In this document: positions 15,328-29,265 of the stretch, piece after piece | How the letters are laid out: each line of letters opens with the position of its first letter | Numbering within the stretch: position 1 is the stretch's first letter | NCBI GenBank assembly: GCA_951406725.2 | Contig: OX597834.1 | Coordinates: forward strand, 44,826,001-44,890,000 | Reading direction: 5' to 3' | Source: Octopus vulgaris | Taxonomy: Eukaryota | DNA length: 64,000 nucleotides | Position numbers and translations under genes: made by a program | The notes under the pieces: generated by a model | Database searches by the model: none | What the model was told of the DNA's origin: nothing | The model's input: the letters and a program-made list of their open reading frames with translations, nothing else

Positions 15328-15700
15328 TGGTGCAGGTATAGCAGTGTGGTAAGAAGTTTGATCCCGCCCGCATGGTTTTGGATTCGGTATCACTTCATGA
15401 CATCTTAGATATCTTCCACGACAGTCTCGGGCCGAGCAAAGTCATGTTAGTGGATTTGGGTGATGGAAACTGAAAGAATCCCGTCGTATATCTATACTAT
15501 GTGCATATGTCGTTGTGTCATTGTTTGTGCTGTGCCATCAGTTGTCAGCTTGTGCTGGTGAGTTGGCGTTCCAGTAACTTAGCAATTCGCCAAAAGCAGG
15601 CGATAAAATAAGTACCATACTTCAAAACTATAAGTACTGGGGGCGTTTTTTTTCTTTTACTAAAATTCTTCAAGGTGGTGTTGGAATGTATCCCATACGG
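15328..15700 (+). mobile_element. SINE family A, diverged copy
   Basis: GGTGCAGG..GTGTGGTAAGAAGTTTG..GTGGATTTGGGTGATGGAAACTGAAAGAATCCCGTCGTATA. Confidence 0.7.
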
Positions 15701-16098
15701 ATAGAGGAAGACAGCCGAAAACAAAAGGCACCACACACAGTACAATATACACATTGAAAAAGCATCGAAGACACAATATAGAAATATTAAGCATACAGCC
15801 ATATATAGATGCACACAAACATACATTTGTGCATAAAACGCACACATGTGTATATGTTTATTCACTTCTGTATGGATGCAGGTAGCTATATATGCAGGCA
15901 TATGTGTGTGCGTATGTATGTATATATGTATATGTATGTGGTTGAAGGAATGTATGTGTGCTGTAGCTATATATAGTATTTAGCTGTGTACGCATGCATG
16001 TTTCGTTTCTTTAAATGTAAAAGGACCATAAGTTTCTATTATGTTAGGAGAGTTTCTAACTTTTCGGATTAATCACGAAGACACACTCACACTCACGT

Positions 16099-16151
<53 letters not shown>

Positions 16152-16314
16152 TGTATGTATGTATGTATGTATGTATGTATGTATGTATGTATGTATGTAT
16201 GTATGTACGTATGTATGTAAGTATATTCAGTTATTAACTTCATAGCTTATAGCAAGATTACTCAAACGCGATTTCAATTTAACTTTTAATAACTTCATGA
16301 ATGAAAGTTTGTCT

Positions 16315-16600
16315 CTGTATTTTATCGGCCTTCCTTTAACTAATGTCACGGCTTTCACCTGATTAGTCGTGGATTTCATTAAATTATCAACGACAGACTG
16401 ATCCAGATTGATCCAACTTCGATCATTGCTTCTTTCAGCTCTATAATGAATATAACTTTCAACAATCTTCCTCGCATCATTCTACGAAGATATTTCCATA
16501 TGTGTTCGATTGGGTTATAATCCAGTGCTGTGTTCAATCTTTTCTTTGATTACGTGAGTACTTTTCAGATTTTAAGATTCCGTTCTTGTATGACAAGGGG
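16315..16600 (-). mobile_element. Tc1-like transposase C-terminal remnant
   Basis: Minus-strand LDYNPIEHIWKYLRR..ELKEAMIE..WINLDQSVVDNLMKS..VKAVTLVKGRPIKY. Confidence 0.7.
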
Positions 16601-16604
16601 CATC

Positions 16605-16968
16605 ATCTTCTTGTAGATTTTAGTGATCTGAGACCCCCTTCGGTCACGACACTGACCATGGGATTGCACCTAGAAAGTTACCCTCCCAGGCACAAGTCCG
16701 AGCAAGGTTGTTTATGGAAGAACAGCAGTCACCCATGCATAGCGTCCTCCTCTCTCCACGCCAACGATGTTATCCAAGGGAAAGGCAAAGGGGCCGATAC
16801 AGCTTGGCACCAGTGACGTCACAACTCATTTCTACCGCTGAGTGAACTGGAGCAACGTAAAAAAAGTGTCTTGCTCAAGAACACAGCACGCAGCCCGGTC
16901 CGGGATTCGAGCTCACAACCTCACGATCGGAAGCTCGACGCTCTAACCACTGAGCCAAGCGCCTTCAC
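16605..16968 (-). mobile_element. tRNA-derived SINE, family C
   Basis: Reverse complement GAAGGCGCTTGGCTCAGTGGTTAGAGCGTCG..GCTCGAATCCCGGACC (pol III A/B boxes) followed by TGTGTTCTTGAGCAAGACAC; a fragment of the same core lies at ~8935-8975. Confidence 0.8.
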
Positions 16969-17698
16969 AGCGGGTTTAGTGATACAGTTGTAGGATGTGA
17001 ACGTGATGAGGAGATCTCGCTGTTGATCCAGTTACCCAAGATGGCGGCAGTTGGTGCTAATGATGGTAGTTATGCTGATCGTGGTAGCTGTGGCAATGAT
17101 GATGACTGTGGCGATAGCATTGGTTGCGAAGATCTTGGTGGTGGTGGTGGTGTGGATTATGATGAAGGTAGTGGTGGCGCTGGGTGGTGCTAATTGCTGT
17201 GGTGCTGTTGGTAATAACGATTGTGACGGCTTTTCTAACAATGGCGGCGTTGGATTTGAGATGGTGTTGCTGGAGGTGGTGGATGTAATGGTGGAGGTAT
17301 TGGTGGTGGTGGTGTTGGTGGTGTTGGTGGGGATGCACTGCATTCCCATGATGCTTTTCAATTTGTCAATGATGGATGGGGATTTGGCGGTGGTAATGAG
17401 ACGGTAAATTGAAATAAAGAAGTCGAATGTGTTCTTTCATTTTGAAAAAAATAAATAAAAGGCTAAATTAAAGAGAGTGAGGTAGGGAGAGAGAGAGGGA
17501 GAGAGAAAGAAAGGGAGAGAGAAAAGAGGAGAAGTTAATAATAGGGACCACAATAACCGCAGCATTAATGAAATCATCCTCATCATCATCACTAATAGCA
17601 GCAGCAGCAGCAGAAGTGGCGGTAGCAACAGCATCCTTACCAACATCATCACCGTTCTCATTGTCATTATCATCATAACCGTCATCATCAACACTGCT

Positions 17699-17747
<49 letters not shown>

Positions 17748-18183
17748 CCCATCATCATCATCATCAGCAGGAGCAGCATTAGGAACATCGACAAGAACCT
17801 CAGCAACGCAACAACAGCAAAAAGAAGAAATCTAAGTATAAAACGACTATAATTACATCATCATCATCGTCGTCGTCGTCGTCGTCATCATCATGTCATC
17901 ATTGTCATCACAATACTGAATGATAACCACATTGAGCCTAATAATAGTAATAAAGAAAGCAGCATCGATGGCAGCAATAAACACTGTGAGGCCGACAGAA
18001 TAATTATGGGGACTAATAACAACAACATCAACAACATGCAGTCATTGTTATATTATTGATGATGATGACGACGACGACCACGACGATGATGATGACGACG
18101 ACGACGATGATGGTGACGACATCGATGACGATGATGACGACATTGATGATGATGACGACGACGATGACTACGACGACGACGAC

Positions 18184-18255
<72 letters not shown>

Positions 18256-18700
18256 GACGATGATGATGGTGATGATGATGACGATGATGATGAATATTTT
18301 CTGTAGCCACAAAGCCTGAAATTTTATGGGAAGATGCTACGATTACTCCGACCCCAGTGCTCAAGAAGATCCTTATTTTATTTAACTGAGAAGGTTGAAA
18401 GGCAAAGTCGACCACAGCGGAATTTGAACACAGCGGAAGTTAATATGAACGAAATACTTCTATGCATTTTTTCCTTTGTGCTAATGATTCTGTCGTTAAA
18501 TTTCTGCACAAGGCCAGCAGTTTTAGGGACTGGGGTCTAATCGATACCATCGATTCCAGTTCTTGTCGACCCTAAGGGATGAAAGTAATGCTGGAAGTTG
18601 GAACATAATGAGCCGGAAAACAATTAGGAAACCATTTGCTTCAAGGATTCTGTACTGAATCGCTGCATAGAGACCTTTCGTCCATGTTCATTATTAACAT

Positions 18701-19045
18701 AGGAGTGGCTGTGTGGTAAGTAGCTTGCTTACCAGCTACATGGTTCAGGGTTCATGCCTACTGCGTGGCAACTTGGACAAGTGTCTTCTACTATAGCCTC
18801 GGGCCGCCCAAAGCATTGTGAGTGGATTTGGTAAATGGAAACTGAAAGAAGCTCGTCGTATATATGTATATGTATGTATATGTATGTATGTGTATATGTA
18901 TGTGTGTCTGTGTTTGCCCCCGCCCCCAACGTCGCTTGACAACCGATGCTGGGTGTGTTTACATTCCCGTAACCTAGTGGTTCTGCAAAAGAGACCGACC
19001 GAAGAAGTACTAGGCTTACAAAGATTAAGTCCTGGGGTCGATTTG
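18701..19045 (+). mobile_element. SINE family A
   Basis: AGGAGTGGCTGTGTGGTAAGTAGCTTGCTTACC.. matches 815-1090. Confidence 0.85.
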
Positions 19046-19062
19046 CATAATATAATTATATG

Positions 19063-20575
19063 CACCCAGAACCAACGTTAATAGCTTAGGAGTTGAATTT
19101 AGGATTTCTAGGTTTTTTGGGAATCGCGTTTGATAAAACTCTTCCGATATGGTCTGCATACTGTGGCGACACCATTGTTACGTTTTCATTTTTATGTGTA
19201 ACGTCCTTTCTTCTTTATTTTAGATTCTTCAGTTTTTTTAGTCAACCATGCTAATGGCTTTTGACTCAAAATAGCCCATAAAGACATTTTTTTGTTTGTT
19301 TTCAGAAAATGAAGGTTAATATTATGTATACATTGAGTATATATTTAACAGAAAGCCATAATAATAATACATTTATTGACATAATGAATTATTAAGCCAC
19401 ATGAGTGCCAAGGGAGAAACGTCTGATCGTGGGACCTCCAAGACTGTGACAGCTAGGGAATTAAGGAATATTAGCCGCAACTTACGTGGGAAACCTGGTC
19501 AAACATGCAAAGCCACTTTCTCTGCCTCCGGACTTCCTCAAGTACTGAAAACCATCAAAAATCGCATCCTCGAGACCTTATCTTCCGTGCGAGGACCTCT
19601 GAAACCGCCTCCTCACAAGAGTTTCTGACTTCGATGAGTCCAAAAGTACACGACGTTAGACTGGAGTTGTGTTCTGTTCATTGACGAAACCAGGACGACT
19701 CTTGACGAACCGGACAGTTGGGAAAATGTTTGGGTTTATTTATATTTCTTTTGTAGATGAGTGTCACCAACGTTTACGATATCAACAATAGGGTGGATGA
19801 GTCATGTTGTGGGGTGGTATCATTGGGAATAGAATTGTTGGCCAAGTCAGGGTGTCTGAAGGGGTTAAAGTGACCGCAGCCGCCTACTGGATCCCTGGCT
19901 AGACAACATACTATTGTCATTTTCTAAGGAATCGCATTTTCATGCCTGACAACGCCCCCTCCCACTCTGCAAGGACCATCCAAACATTCCTAAGGTCTTA
20001 CAGCAAAAAAGGTGAAAGATTGATGGTGTGGCCGCTAGCATCTCCGGATCTTAATTCTATCAAAAATCTTTGGTCAATTATTAAATAAGATGTTTATGCT
20101 GATGGGCAACACTTTGTGTCGATAGATGTCTTATGGGCGACCTCCAAAGATGCAGCAGACCACACCTGCTACTATTGACAGATTCCATGACTAATATGGT
20201 TTTTGAAGTTATCTGTCAAAATGGCGCCCATGTGGTTAAATAATTCATTATTTCAGTAGATGTTATAATATCATTATGGTTTTCTATTAAATAAATACTC
20301 AATGTATGTTTAATATGTATCCTTAACCTTCGTTTACTGAAAAAATAAAATGTCTAGATGGGATATTTTCATTTAAAAGCTATTACAGTGGTCCACCAAA
20401 AGCAAAAGAGTCTGAAGTAAAAAAAAAAGGCAGGACGTTACACAGAATAATGAAAGCATAACAATGGTGTTGCCAGAGTGTGGAAATCAGCTGGGAAAAG
20501 TTCTGTCAAAATCAATTCACAGAAAAGTAAGAAATTCTAAATTTGACTCTTGAGCTACCAGTGTGGTTCTGGGTG
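19063..20575 (+). mobile_element. Tc1/mariner DD37E (TRT-like) transposon, decayed, with ~300-bp TIRs
   Basis: TIRs CACCCAGAACCA.. (~19063-19365) and ..TGGTTCTGGGTG-TA (~20270-20575). Motifs FIDETRTTLDEPDSW, VMLWGGII, DNAPSH..WPLASPDLNSIK with 37 residues between D and the E position (E mutated to K). Confidence 0.85.
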
Positions 20576-20599
20576 TATATATTTATACATATATATATT

Positions 20600-20850
20600 T
20601 CGTTTTTGTATTTGCTTTGCCAGATTCACTGTGTAAATTCGTGTGCTGTAGCATATTTTGTTGTATCTGAGGAGAGTCATCCGGTTTTAATGCCGTATAA
20701 ATAACACACACGCTGGTTCGATTTCCACTCATTTACTTCTTTCTTTTCAAAAATTTTCGTTGCTTCTTGCAAACTCTTCAACAATTGTTGACTCTGCCGT
20801 TATCGTTGTCGGAGATGCGTTCATTTATTGGTTTGTGCGCATGCGTGGTC
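20600..20850. mobile_element. Probable Penelope-like terminal fragment with degenerate HHR core on the minus strand
   Basis: Reverse complement TTGAAGA-GTTTGCAAGAAGCAAC-GAAA-ATTTT (20750-20781). Confidence 0.35.
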
Positions 20851-20916
20851 CTCAAGCTTGTGAATCCACTTATGTATGTATAGATTCCTGTATGTATGTT
20901 TGCATGTGCGTGTATG

Positions 20917-20955
<39 letters not shown>

Positions 20956-21236
20956 GTATGCGTGTGTTTACGTGTGTATATATTCTGGATATTCATGTGT
21001 TTTTGTGTGCATGTTTGTGTGTGTGTGTACCTATGTCTCCTTGTGCGTGCGTGTTTGAGTGTGTCTATGTATAAAGTTTTGTGTGACTATGTACGTGCGT
21101 CTGGTACGTAAGGATGTGCGTCTCCATATGTGTCACTGTGTGTGTGTACATATATAAATATATATATATATATGTACATATACATGTATATCTATATATA
21201 TGTGTATATATATGTATATATAAATGTGTATATATA

Positions 21237-21322
<86 letters not shown>

Positions 21323-24300
21323 TATATCAATATGTGTGTGTGTGTGTGTATATATAAAATGAATAGAAAATGGGAATATACAATTGTCAGTGTATATAGG
21401 ACTGTATGCATGTATGTGTGTAAGTATGTATGTGTGTATTCCAGCTTTTAAACTTTTAAAACGCTTTAGGAATATAAAATATAGATTGTGAACTTAGCTT
21501 TTACCTGTACACTGTACACACACTTAGACAAACCTGCACATATGGACATATGTATGCATGTGTATATATATATATATGTATATGTGAGTTCATGCGTGTG
21601 TTATGAGTTTTCATGTATGTGTGTGTGTGTGTGTTTGTATGCAGAGGCAGTCGTTTTTAATACATCTTTAAGAGAAAAATATTGAAAACGGGCTCAGCGC
21701 TTGTCTACACGCAGATACACCCCCCACACACATCCATACGAGTTTGGTGCTTAATTGTCAAATCCGTGATCAGGCCGCGTTCATGACAGCTTAGTAATAG
21801 TAATGGAGCTACATTTGCTAATTAATGTCAGTTAAATATTACCTGTTGTTGATACGCGAAGTCAATTTATTAATTAGGTAAACCTACTTAACCTGCAATT
21901 AAACAAGTTTTCGTTTTCTACATTTTCTACATTCACTCGTAATGACAAAATGGTGAGGATGACACTTTCCAGCATGGTTGCGTGGTTATTTGTTTTTTCA
22001 TTGCAGTTACGTAATTATAGGGTTTTGATTCAAATGCACTACAAACTGAAAAAGTGGTTTCAACAAAGTCTATTATATGGTAGGCCAAACAGCACAAGAA
22101 TTTACGTCGAATTTTCCCTTACTCATTCTGGGACTCTTTTGCACGTAAGAGAGGCACAGCCCCAAGTTACGCAGACGATACAAATGGATCGCAGTTTATT
22201 AAGACCCTGAAGTTACTATAAACCTGTAACACGATATAAATGCTATACATATATATAAATGGGCCGAAGAAAATATTTAATATTGAAAGATTGCGCGTTC
22301 ACCGATATCAGCGTGCAAAGGTAAATAAAATGCAGATAATTTCAACTAGAGCAGGAGTGGCTGTATTCCAAGACTCACAGTCGGTGTGTGATTGCGCATT
22401 CGGGTGAGTAATAACGCGTCTTTTCAAGAACATATCATTAAGAGGGCAACGGGGCGGAGACGACTTGCTTGGAAGGATTCTAAAAACTTTCAGAACAAAT
22501 GATAAGAAATGGCAGACTGCTCTCTCTATATATATAGGACATTCTCGCTCGACCATCTAGAATATTACCCGCCATTCTTGCCACCAAATAGAGTAAAATG
22601 AATGGAGGAAAGGGGAACAATTAAACGCTGCTACACGAGGATTGACTCAGTGCAACAGGTCAGCTATTGGAAGGACTTCCACAAACTTTACCATGGAAAG
22701 TCATATCAATCTTCGTACAGTTCCTAAGATGCCATCCTCGCTGCAAAGATTTGCTATTGGATACTACAACAGATTACAGTGCAAAAGTCCACAGCGTTTT
22801 AATGTGCGAACGAAAGATTAAGAGACCTACAAGATGTGCCGACACTGATTTCTTCAAAATGCAATTGTTCCTTCTCTATTGTCTAGAATTCCAAACGATC
22901 CAACTTCAGGGATAGAAACAAAACTGAAGCTGTTTTGGAAGTTACAGGGATTTGAACAATCTTTCAGCCATTATTGTTTTGAGGTCTGCTCCCACTCGAA
23001 ACAGCAGCCCCTATCATGGTCGAAACTGTGGGTTAACTAGCATATCTGACAACAATTCACCGCTGGACGGAGATGCAGAAATAGGCTTGACGGGACATCA
23101 GGGCGCTCAGCAATACGACTGGGAGTGAGATACTACAAATTTGTTTTTTCAATAGGACAAAATTTATATTATTTAACAAACAATATGGGAGTCATTTGCC
23201 GATACCGTAAACTAGTAAAGTGAAAATTATAAATTATTAAGGAGGCTATCGGCAATTTAAAAACCGAAAGGCAGAAGTACAAACGTCACCAAATGTGTGT
23301 ATAATAAAAGTGGACTGATGGGAATTACATAAATATGTCTATGCAGTGCCTTAAGTTGACAAGAACGTAATAATGACCTGAATAATATGCTAAAGCAATC
23401 AAAAGAAAAGGTAAATGCATTGATGTTGGTCTCTTAGTCGGGGAGAAGCTAAAGAGACGAAGTGACAATTGTTAAAGAATCAGAAAGCAAAGGAAAGATA
23501 AGAATAAAAACTGACTTTATTAAGAATCCTTTTTTTCTGATATTTAGGAGGAATATTGATCTTCGATAGTGGGGATACTGATTGTAGGAAACCGAATATG
23601 TTTCAGTATTATTGGATTTCGTCAGGGAAGGATACGAACATGTTTCGATATTACAGAGAAGTATACAACAAGCAGTAACTCGTTTGATCTTTACTTGTAG
23701 AAAAAGGAGGTGAGGATATTTTCCCGCAGTAGTAAGTGGTTATGATGTTAATATTATACAAATGTGAATGAAGGGCAAATAACCGAAATCCGCCATAAGA
23801 CATGCATTGAGTAAGTCAAATATGTGTTGATGTATTAAATAATGTATGGAACATCATTCTTAATGCATTGTATTTCGCGTTTTCGTTGGAGGAAGGAAGC
23901 AAAACCCAAACGGCACTTCATTGATACACACATGCACACACACACACACACAAAGACACACATACACACATACACACACAAAGACACACATACACACACA
24001 CAAAGACACACATACACACACATATAGACGGACACCTCCCCCTCACACGGACACACACACACACACGCACACACACAAAAGGAGTATTGCTTTCAAGAAA
24101 GCAAGAATCAAATTAAAAATAATTTGATTCTTTGCGCCTAATGGGAAATCTGATGCGTAATGGATGCACGAAAATTAAATGTTTGCTTTTTAAATAAATT
24201 CACGATATCTCGAAATTTTCTCATTTTTTAAGGTGAAGAAACCCGCTAAAGATTTCTAAAGATTTAAAATAGGTTCTCGAATTCTTTCTGAAAATGAAAG

Positions 24301-24481
24301 GCAAATTTCAATTAATTAAGTATTTCAAACCAACCCACATTCGCAGACTCACACACCATACATACTTACACACACAATACATTCATACATACGGCCATAC
24401 AATTCACACGGGCCGCAAATATCCGTGAAGAGTGCGTTGTCGATTCTAAATACCCAAAATCCGCGCAACCGAAGATTGTCA

Positions 24482-24802
24482 GATGATTTCGGATTGAGTT
24501 ATTGCCCATCAGTGACACTTACTGTGTTGCCTAGGGTTGAATGGAACCCGCCTTGTCAGTTCGAAACAAACAATACGAGAATCATTTGCCGATACCGTAA
24601 ACTGGTAAAACGAAAATTATAAATTATTAAGAGAGGCTATCGGCAATTTAAAAACCAAAAGGTAGAAGTACGAACGTCACCGAAGTGACTACGGGTGCAA
24701 ATCAGCACCAACTTTGCTAGAAATAGGAGTCAAAATAGATGACAAGGTGAGTTCCAGCGAAACTTAGGTAAGGGAGTAAGTGTCACTCAATCCGAAATCA
24801 TC
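24482..24802. mobile_element. MITE-like element with ~65-bp inverted repeats
   Basis: GATGATTTCGGATTGAGT..GACACTTACT..GGAAC..CCTTGTCA versus its reverse complement at 24738-24802; the interior is duplicated at 23175-23298. Confidence 0.65.
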
Positions 24803-24902
24803 GATAATTTGACACTCGCCGCATGCTGTGGGGAGTTTGTTCTCCCTTGTCGATCAATAGATAAGTGCTTACCCGTGACTAACAGTTGATTAACAGACAT
24901 AC

Positions 24903-24935
<33 letters not shown>

Positions 24936-25557
24936 TACACACACACACGTATCAGTGGGGTTGATGCGTGTGTGTGTTTAATTATAAATCCTTAGCAGTT
25001 ATTGTTGTCGCTGGGACTATATAGGTTAAAAAGGATCCCTGGTCTAAACACGTGATCAGCCCATTCTCAATCAAAACCATACCAGAGCCAGATACAGAGA
25101 AAGAAAGAGAATGTGAATAAGATAGCGAGAAAGAGTAAGAGAGTGAGAGGGAGAGAAACAGACAGACAAGCAAAAACAGAAAGATAAACAGTGAATGCTT
25201 TCTTGTGTTAAGTTTGCATATTTTTTAAATGTTATTTTGCAATTATTTTTGTGCGCTTTGTTATTATTTCCTCTGTTTAAGAACCAATATCTTCATGCCT
25301 AGTTTAGTTTTCAGACAAAGAAATTTTGCATGCTCTGCCATTGGAATCGAAGACCGTAAAGGAGAAAACAAGGAAAATTACAAAAAATACCCTCACAAAA
25401 ATCTCGTAAAACATTAATTATTTATTTCAATACATAATATATGCATACATACATGCATGCTTACATATTTACATGTATGTATATGTGCGTATATATTTAT
25501 ACACACACACATACACACACAAGTATGTAAATATGCATGTCAATATGTCTGTGTGTG

Positions 25558-25933
25558 AAGGCGGTGAGCTAGCAGAAACGTTAGCACTCCGGGCGAAATG
25601 CTTAGCGGTATTTCGTCTGCCGCTACCTTCTGAGTTCAAATTCCGCCGAGGGGGTCGATCAGATAAGTACCAGTTACGCACTGGGGTCGATGTAATCGAC
25701 TTAATCCGTTTGTTTGTCCTTCTTTGTCTCCTCTGTGTTTAGCCCCTTGTGGGTAGTAAAGAAATAGGTATTTCGTCTATCTTTACGTTCTGAGTTCAAA
25801 TTCCGCCGAGGTTGACTTTGCCTTTCATCTTTTCGAGTTCGATAGATTAAGCAGTAGTAGCATACTGGGGTCGATCTAATCGACTGGCGCCCATCCCCCT
25901 CCGATGTTTCTAGCCTTGTGCCGAGTAGAAAAG
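25558..25933 (+). mobile_element. SINE family B, dimeric form
   Basis: AAGGCGGTGAGCTAGCAGAAACGTTAGC head, duplicated GAGTTCAAATTCCGCCGAGG module, tail GCCTTGTGCCGAGTAGAAAAG. Confidence 0.85.
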
Positions 25934-26897
25934 GATATGTGTGTGTATATGTGTTTATATGATTATATATATATATATATATAATATATAGATGACACGT
26001 GGGCATTCAAAAAACAAGAAGAAAGAGGCAACAGAAATTGAAACCCACCATTTCCCCACTTGTGATTATACGAAATTCATAATTTCTTTAGCTTTCGATA
26101 ATTTTATTTGATTTCTCTATATCAGTAAGATAAGCTGCTGCTGTATAAAATGAGCAAAAACGAATCATGAGTACAAAAGTGGAGAAATGGGACGTGCAAA
26201 AAAATGAGGATTTTAAAGCGAAGAGTTGAAACTTTGAACTATGAATTAGTGCTTCCTTCAAACCATTTACACTTCTTTTTGAAGATAGCATTCCGCTGAG
26301 TTCAACTTTGGGTTTTAGCCTTTAGGCGAGCAATAAAATAAAATGCGTGTGACAAGTCCTGGATTATTGATATCCACACTTCACTCTCTTTCATAAATGA
26401 GGGCCTTATGCGTTGCTCAGAATAAAATTGCTATTATTTATGGAGTATTTGTTATTTACTATACATCTTGTATTATTGGGTTTACACTGTTTGGTTTATT
26501 CAGATTTTACTTACTATATACTGACAGTCTAATGACTGTATGTATGCCATACTCACTAGTATCATCACCCTGTTTTCTGTGAATAAAAAGAGGAAAATGC
26601 ATTAGTTATGCATAGACTTCATCACCTGTTAACGAGGTAAGAACCATCTACATTACGGTCTATAGCTCAGACATTCGACAAGCTATGAACCTTATCAGTC
26701 TCAGGAAATACTTATAGTATAATGTAATAATGATAAGGAAGACCGTGGTGGTGGCGGTGATGATTATAACAACAACAACAATAATAATAACACAATGACA
26801 ATGATAAAAATAATAATGATAATGATGACTATGATGATGATGACGATGAAATTGACCAAGGTGATGATGACGACGAGTGTGGATGATGATGAAGACG

Positions 26898-26967
<70 letters not shown>

Positions 26968-26981
26968 TAATAATAATAATA

Positions 26982-27033
<52 letters not shown>

Positions 27034-27378
27034 TGATGATAATGATGATGATAATAACTAAAAATTAACATATTCCTGCAATAATGGAAATTAGCTTAGA
27101 AACACATTAAGAGGAGTGATTAAGAGGAAGAAATAAAACATTAAATGGATTTAATGGATTTCCATTTCTTTCTCTCTTATAGACAACCTTCCTTTTTTTT
27201 GTCTTTTGTCCATCTGACTCTATTCCTAACAAACACTACAGCAGGCGATATAAAAAAAACAACCCAAAAGATTTCTGCTAAAAATGGAACAAAACAAAAA
27301 ACGAATATTTAAAAAGTAAACAAAAAAAATAACTATGCAAAATAATCCATAAGACAAAAAAATACAACACGTATATAG

Positions 27379-27430
<52 letters not shown>

Positions 27431-27726
27431 CTGACCCTCCCCCCACCTTCTCTTCGTTTAAACAATGCAATTCTAGCGAGCTGACTTGCTAACTGAACAT
27501 TCAGATTTGAAGTCTGAAATCAAAACTTGTAATTTTATCGTCTGCTTTGTCCAAATATAGTTTTATATGAATTTCGCTTGTCTTTGATTCTTTTGCGAGC
27601 ATTGTTCGTGATGTAAATACTTGTTTTCTACGAAGGAGCCAATATATTTCAATAGATTAGTTGAGTTATTTCTTTACTAATACATGCGTGTGCCTTCTTT
27701 ATTATTCAAAAACTTCTTTGATGCTA

Positions 27727-27779
<53 letters not shown>

Positions 27780-27928
27780 GTTCCATTCTATTCTTTCTAT
27801 CGGCAAATCTATTTTTACTTAATGCCAAAACAGTCTATAATTCTAAACGCTATCGATCATTGTATGGTTTAAACTGGTCCGTGATGGTTTTTTCCCCATT
27901 TATTATTTAAATCTTATATATCTTCATA

Positions 27929-28210
27929 GGCGCAGGAGTGGCTGTGTGGTAAGTAGCTTGCTTATCAACCACATGGTTCCGAGTTCATGTCTTCTGCTAT
28001 AACCTCAGGCCGACCAAAGCCTTGTGAGTGGATTTGGTAGACGGAAACTGAAAGAAGCCCGTCGTATATATGTATATATATATATATGTATGTATGTGTG
28101 TGTATATGTTTGCGTGTCTGTGTTTGTCTCCTTCCCAACATGACTTGCCAACTGATGTATATATATACATCAGTTGGCAAGCCATGTTGGGAAGGGGACA
28201 AACACAGACA
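27929..28210 (+). mobile_element. SINE family A with internal deletion and 3' fold-back palindrome
   Basis: Head GGCGCAGGAGTGGCTGTGTGG; 28115-28158 is inverted at 28168-28210. Confidence 0.85.
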
Positions 28211-28258
28211 AACACACACACACACATATATATATATATACATATATATATGTATGTA

Positions 28259-28690
28259 CAACCTTGGCCAAAAGTATTTGGCCACTCCAATATTTTGGAG
28301 TTCTGCTATCTCACTGTGAATGAAAATCCTGCACATGGTAGATTATGTTGATTGACTACATGTACTATCTTACCTCACAGTTACTTTCCTCAGACCATAT
28401 GAGTTTCGACTATTGCTCACTGATCCAATTTGAGTGGTTTTTGGCCCATGGAAGAGGTTTTTCCATATTCGCTTCAGAAACCCCGATCTTCTTCCTGGTG
28501 TAGGAACCGTCTTAAAGAAACTATTTATAAAAACAAATTTAATGGTTAAAAATTATATATCTATAAGTCTATATGTCTAGACTTCAAGACAAATTTCATC
28601 TAAGGATATCAAGTTTTTTTTTCTTTTTGAAGTTTGATTGAATGTTTAGCGAATGAGGTTTAAAATTTAGCTACAATTTATGGCCATTTA
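28259..28690 (-). mobile_element. Internally deleted Tc1-like element
   Basis: TIR-like TA-CAACCTTGGCCAAAAGTATTTGGCCACT at 28259; minus-strand KKIGVSEANMEKPLPWAKNHSNWISEQ*SKLIWSEESN resembles Tc1 WAKEH..W..VIWSDES. Confidence 0.65.
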
Positions 28691-28699
28691 ATTTCTTCG

Positions 28700-28856
28700 A
28701 AATTTACATCGTTCTGAGTTCAAATTCTGCCGAGATCGACATTGCCTGTCATCCTTTCGGGGTCGATAAATTAAGTACCCGTTGCGTTCTGGGATCGATC
28801 TAATCGACTGGCCCCTTCCCACAAAATTTCGGGCCTTGTGCCACGAGTAGAAAAGA
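28700..28856 (+). mobile_element. SINE family B, 3' monomer
   Basis: CGTTCTGAGTTCAAATTCTGCCGAG..GGGCCTTGTGCCACGAGTAGAAAAG. Confidence 0.8.
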
Positions 28857-29158
28857 ATATTATGGTTACAGGTACAAAATCCAGTATTTAAGCCCTTAGT
28901 AATTAGGTGTGTCAACTTTATTTTCACAATACCATACGATCTAACAGTCACACATTGAAGATGAAATATGTAAGACATAAAAAATACCAAAGCTGCCTCA
29001 CGTCTGGAAAGTCACCGCATTCGTTCATGGGAAAATGTATATATTTGTGTGTGAGTGCGCATGCGTGTTATTGTATGTGTGAGTTTACACGTGTGTGTAT
29101 GCATTTATGAATATATATGTGTTTGTGCTTATGTTTGCATGAATACACACACACAATA

Positions 29159-29190
<32 letters not shown>

Positions 29191-29202
29191 ATAAAGAAAG
29201 AG

Positions 29203-29265
<63 letters not shown>

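Noticed and set aside
16890-16968. tRNA-like sequence (also 51440-51514)
   Set aside because: A/B boxes are present, but there is no proper acceptor stem and it continues into SINE body, so it is a SINE head.
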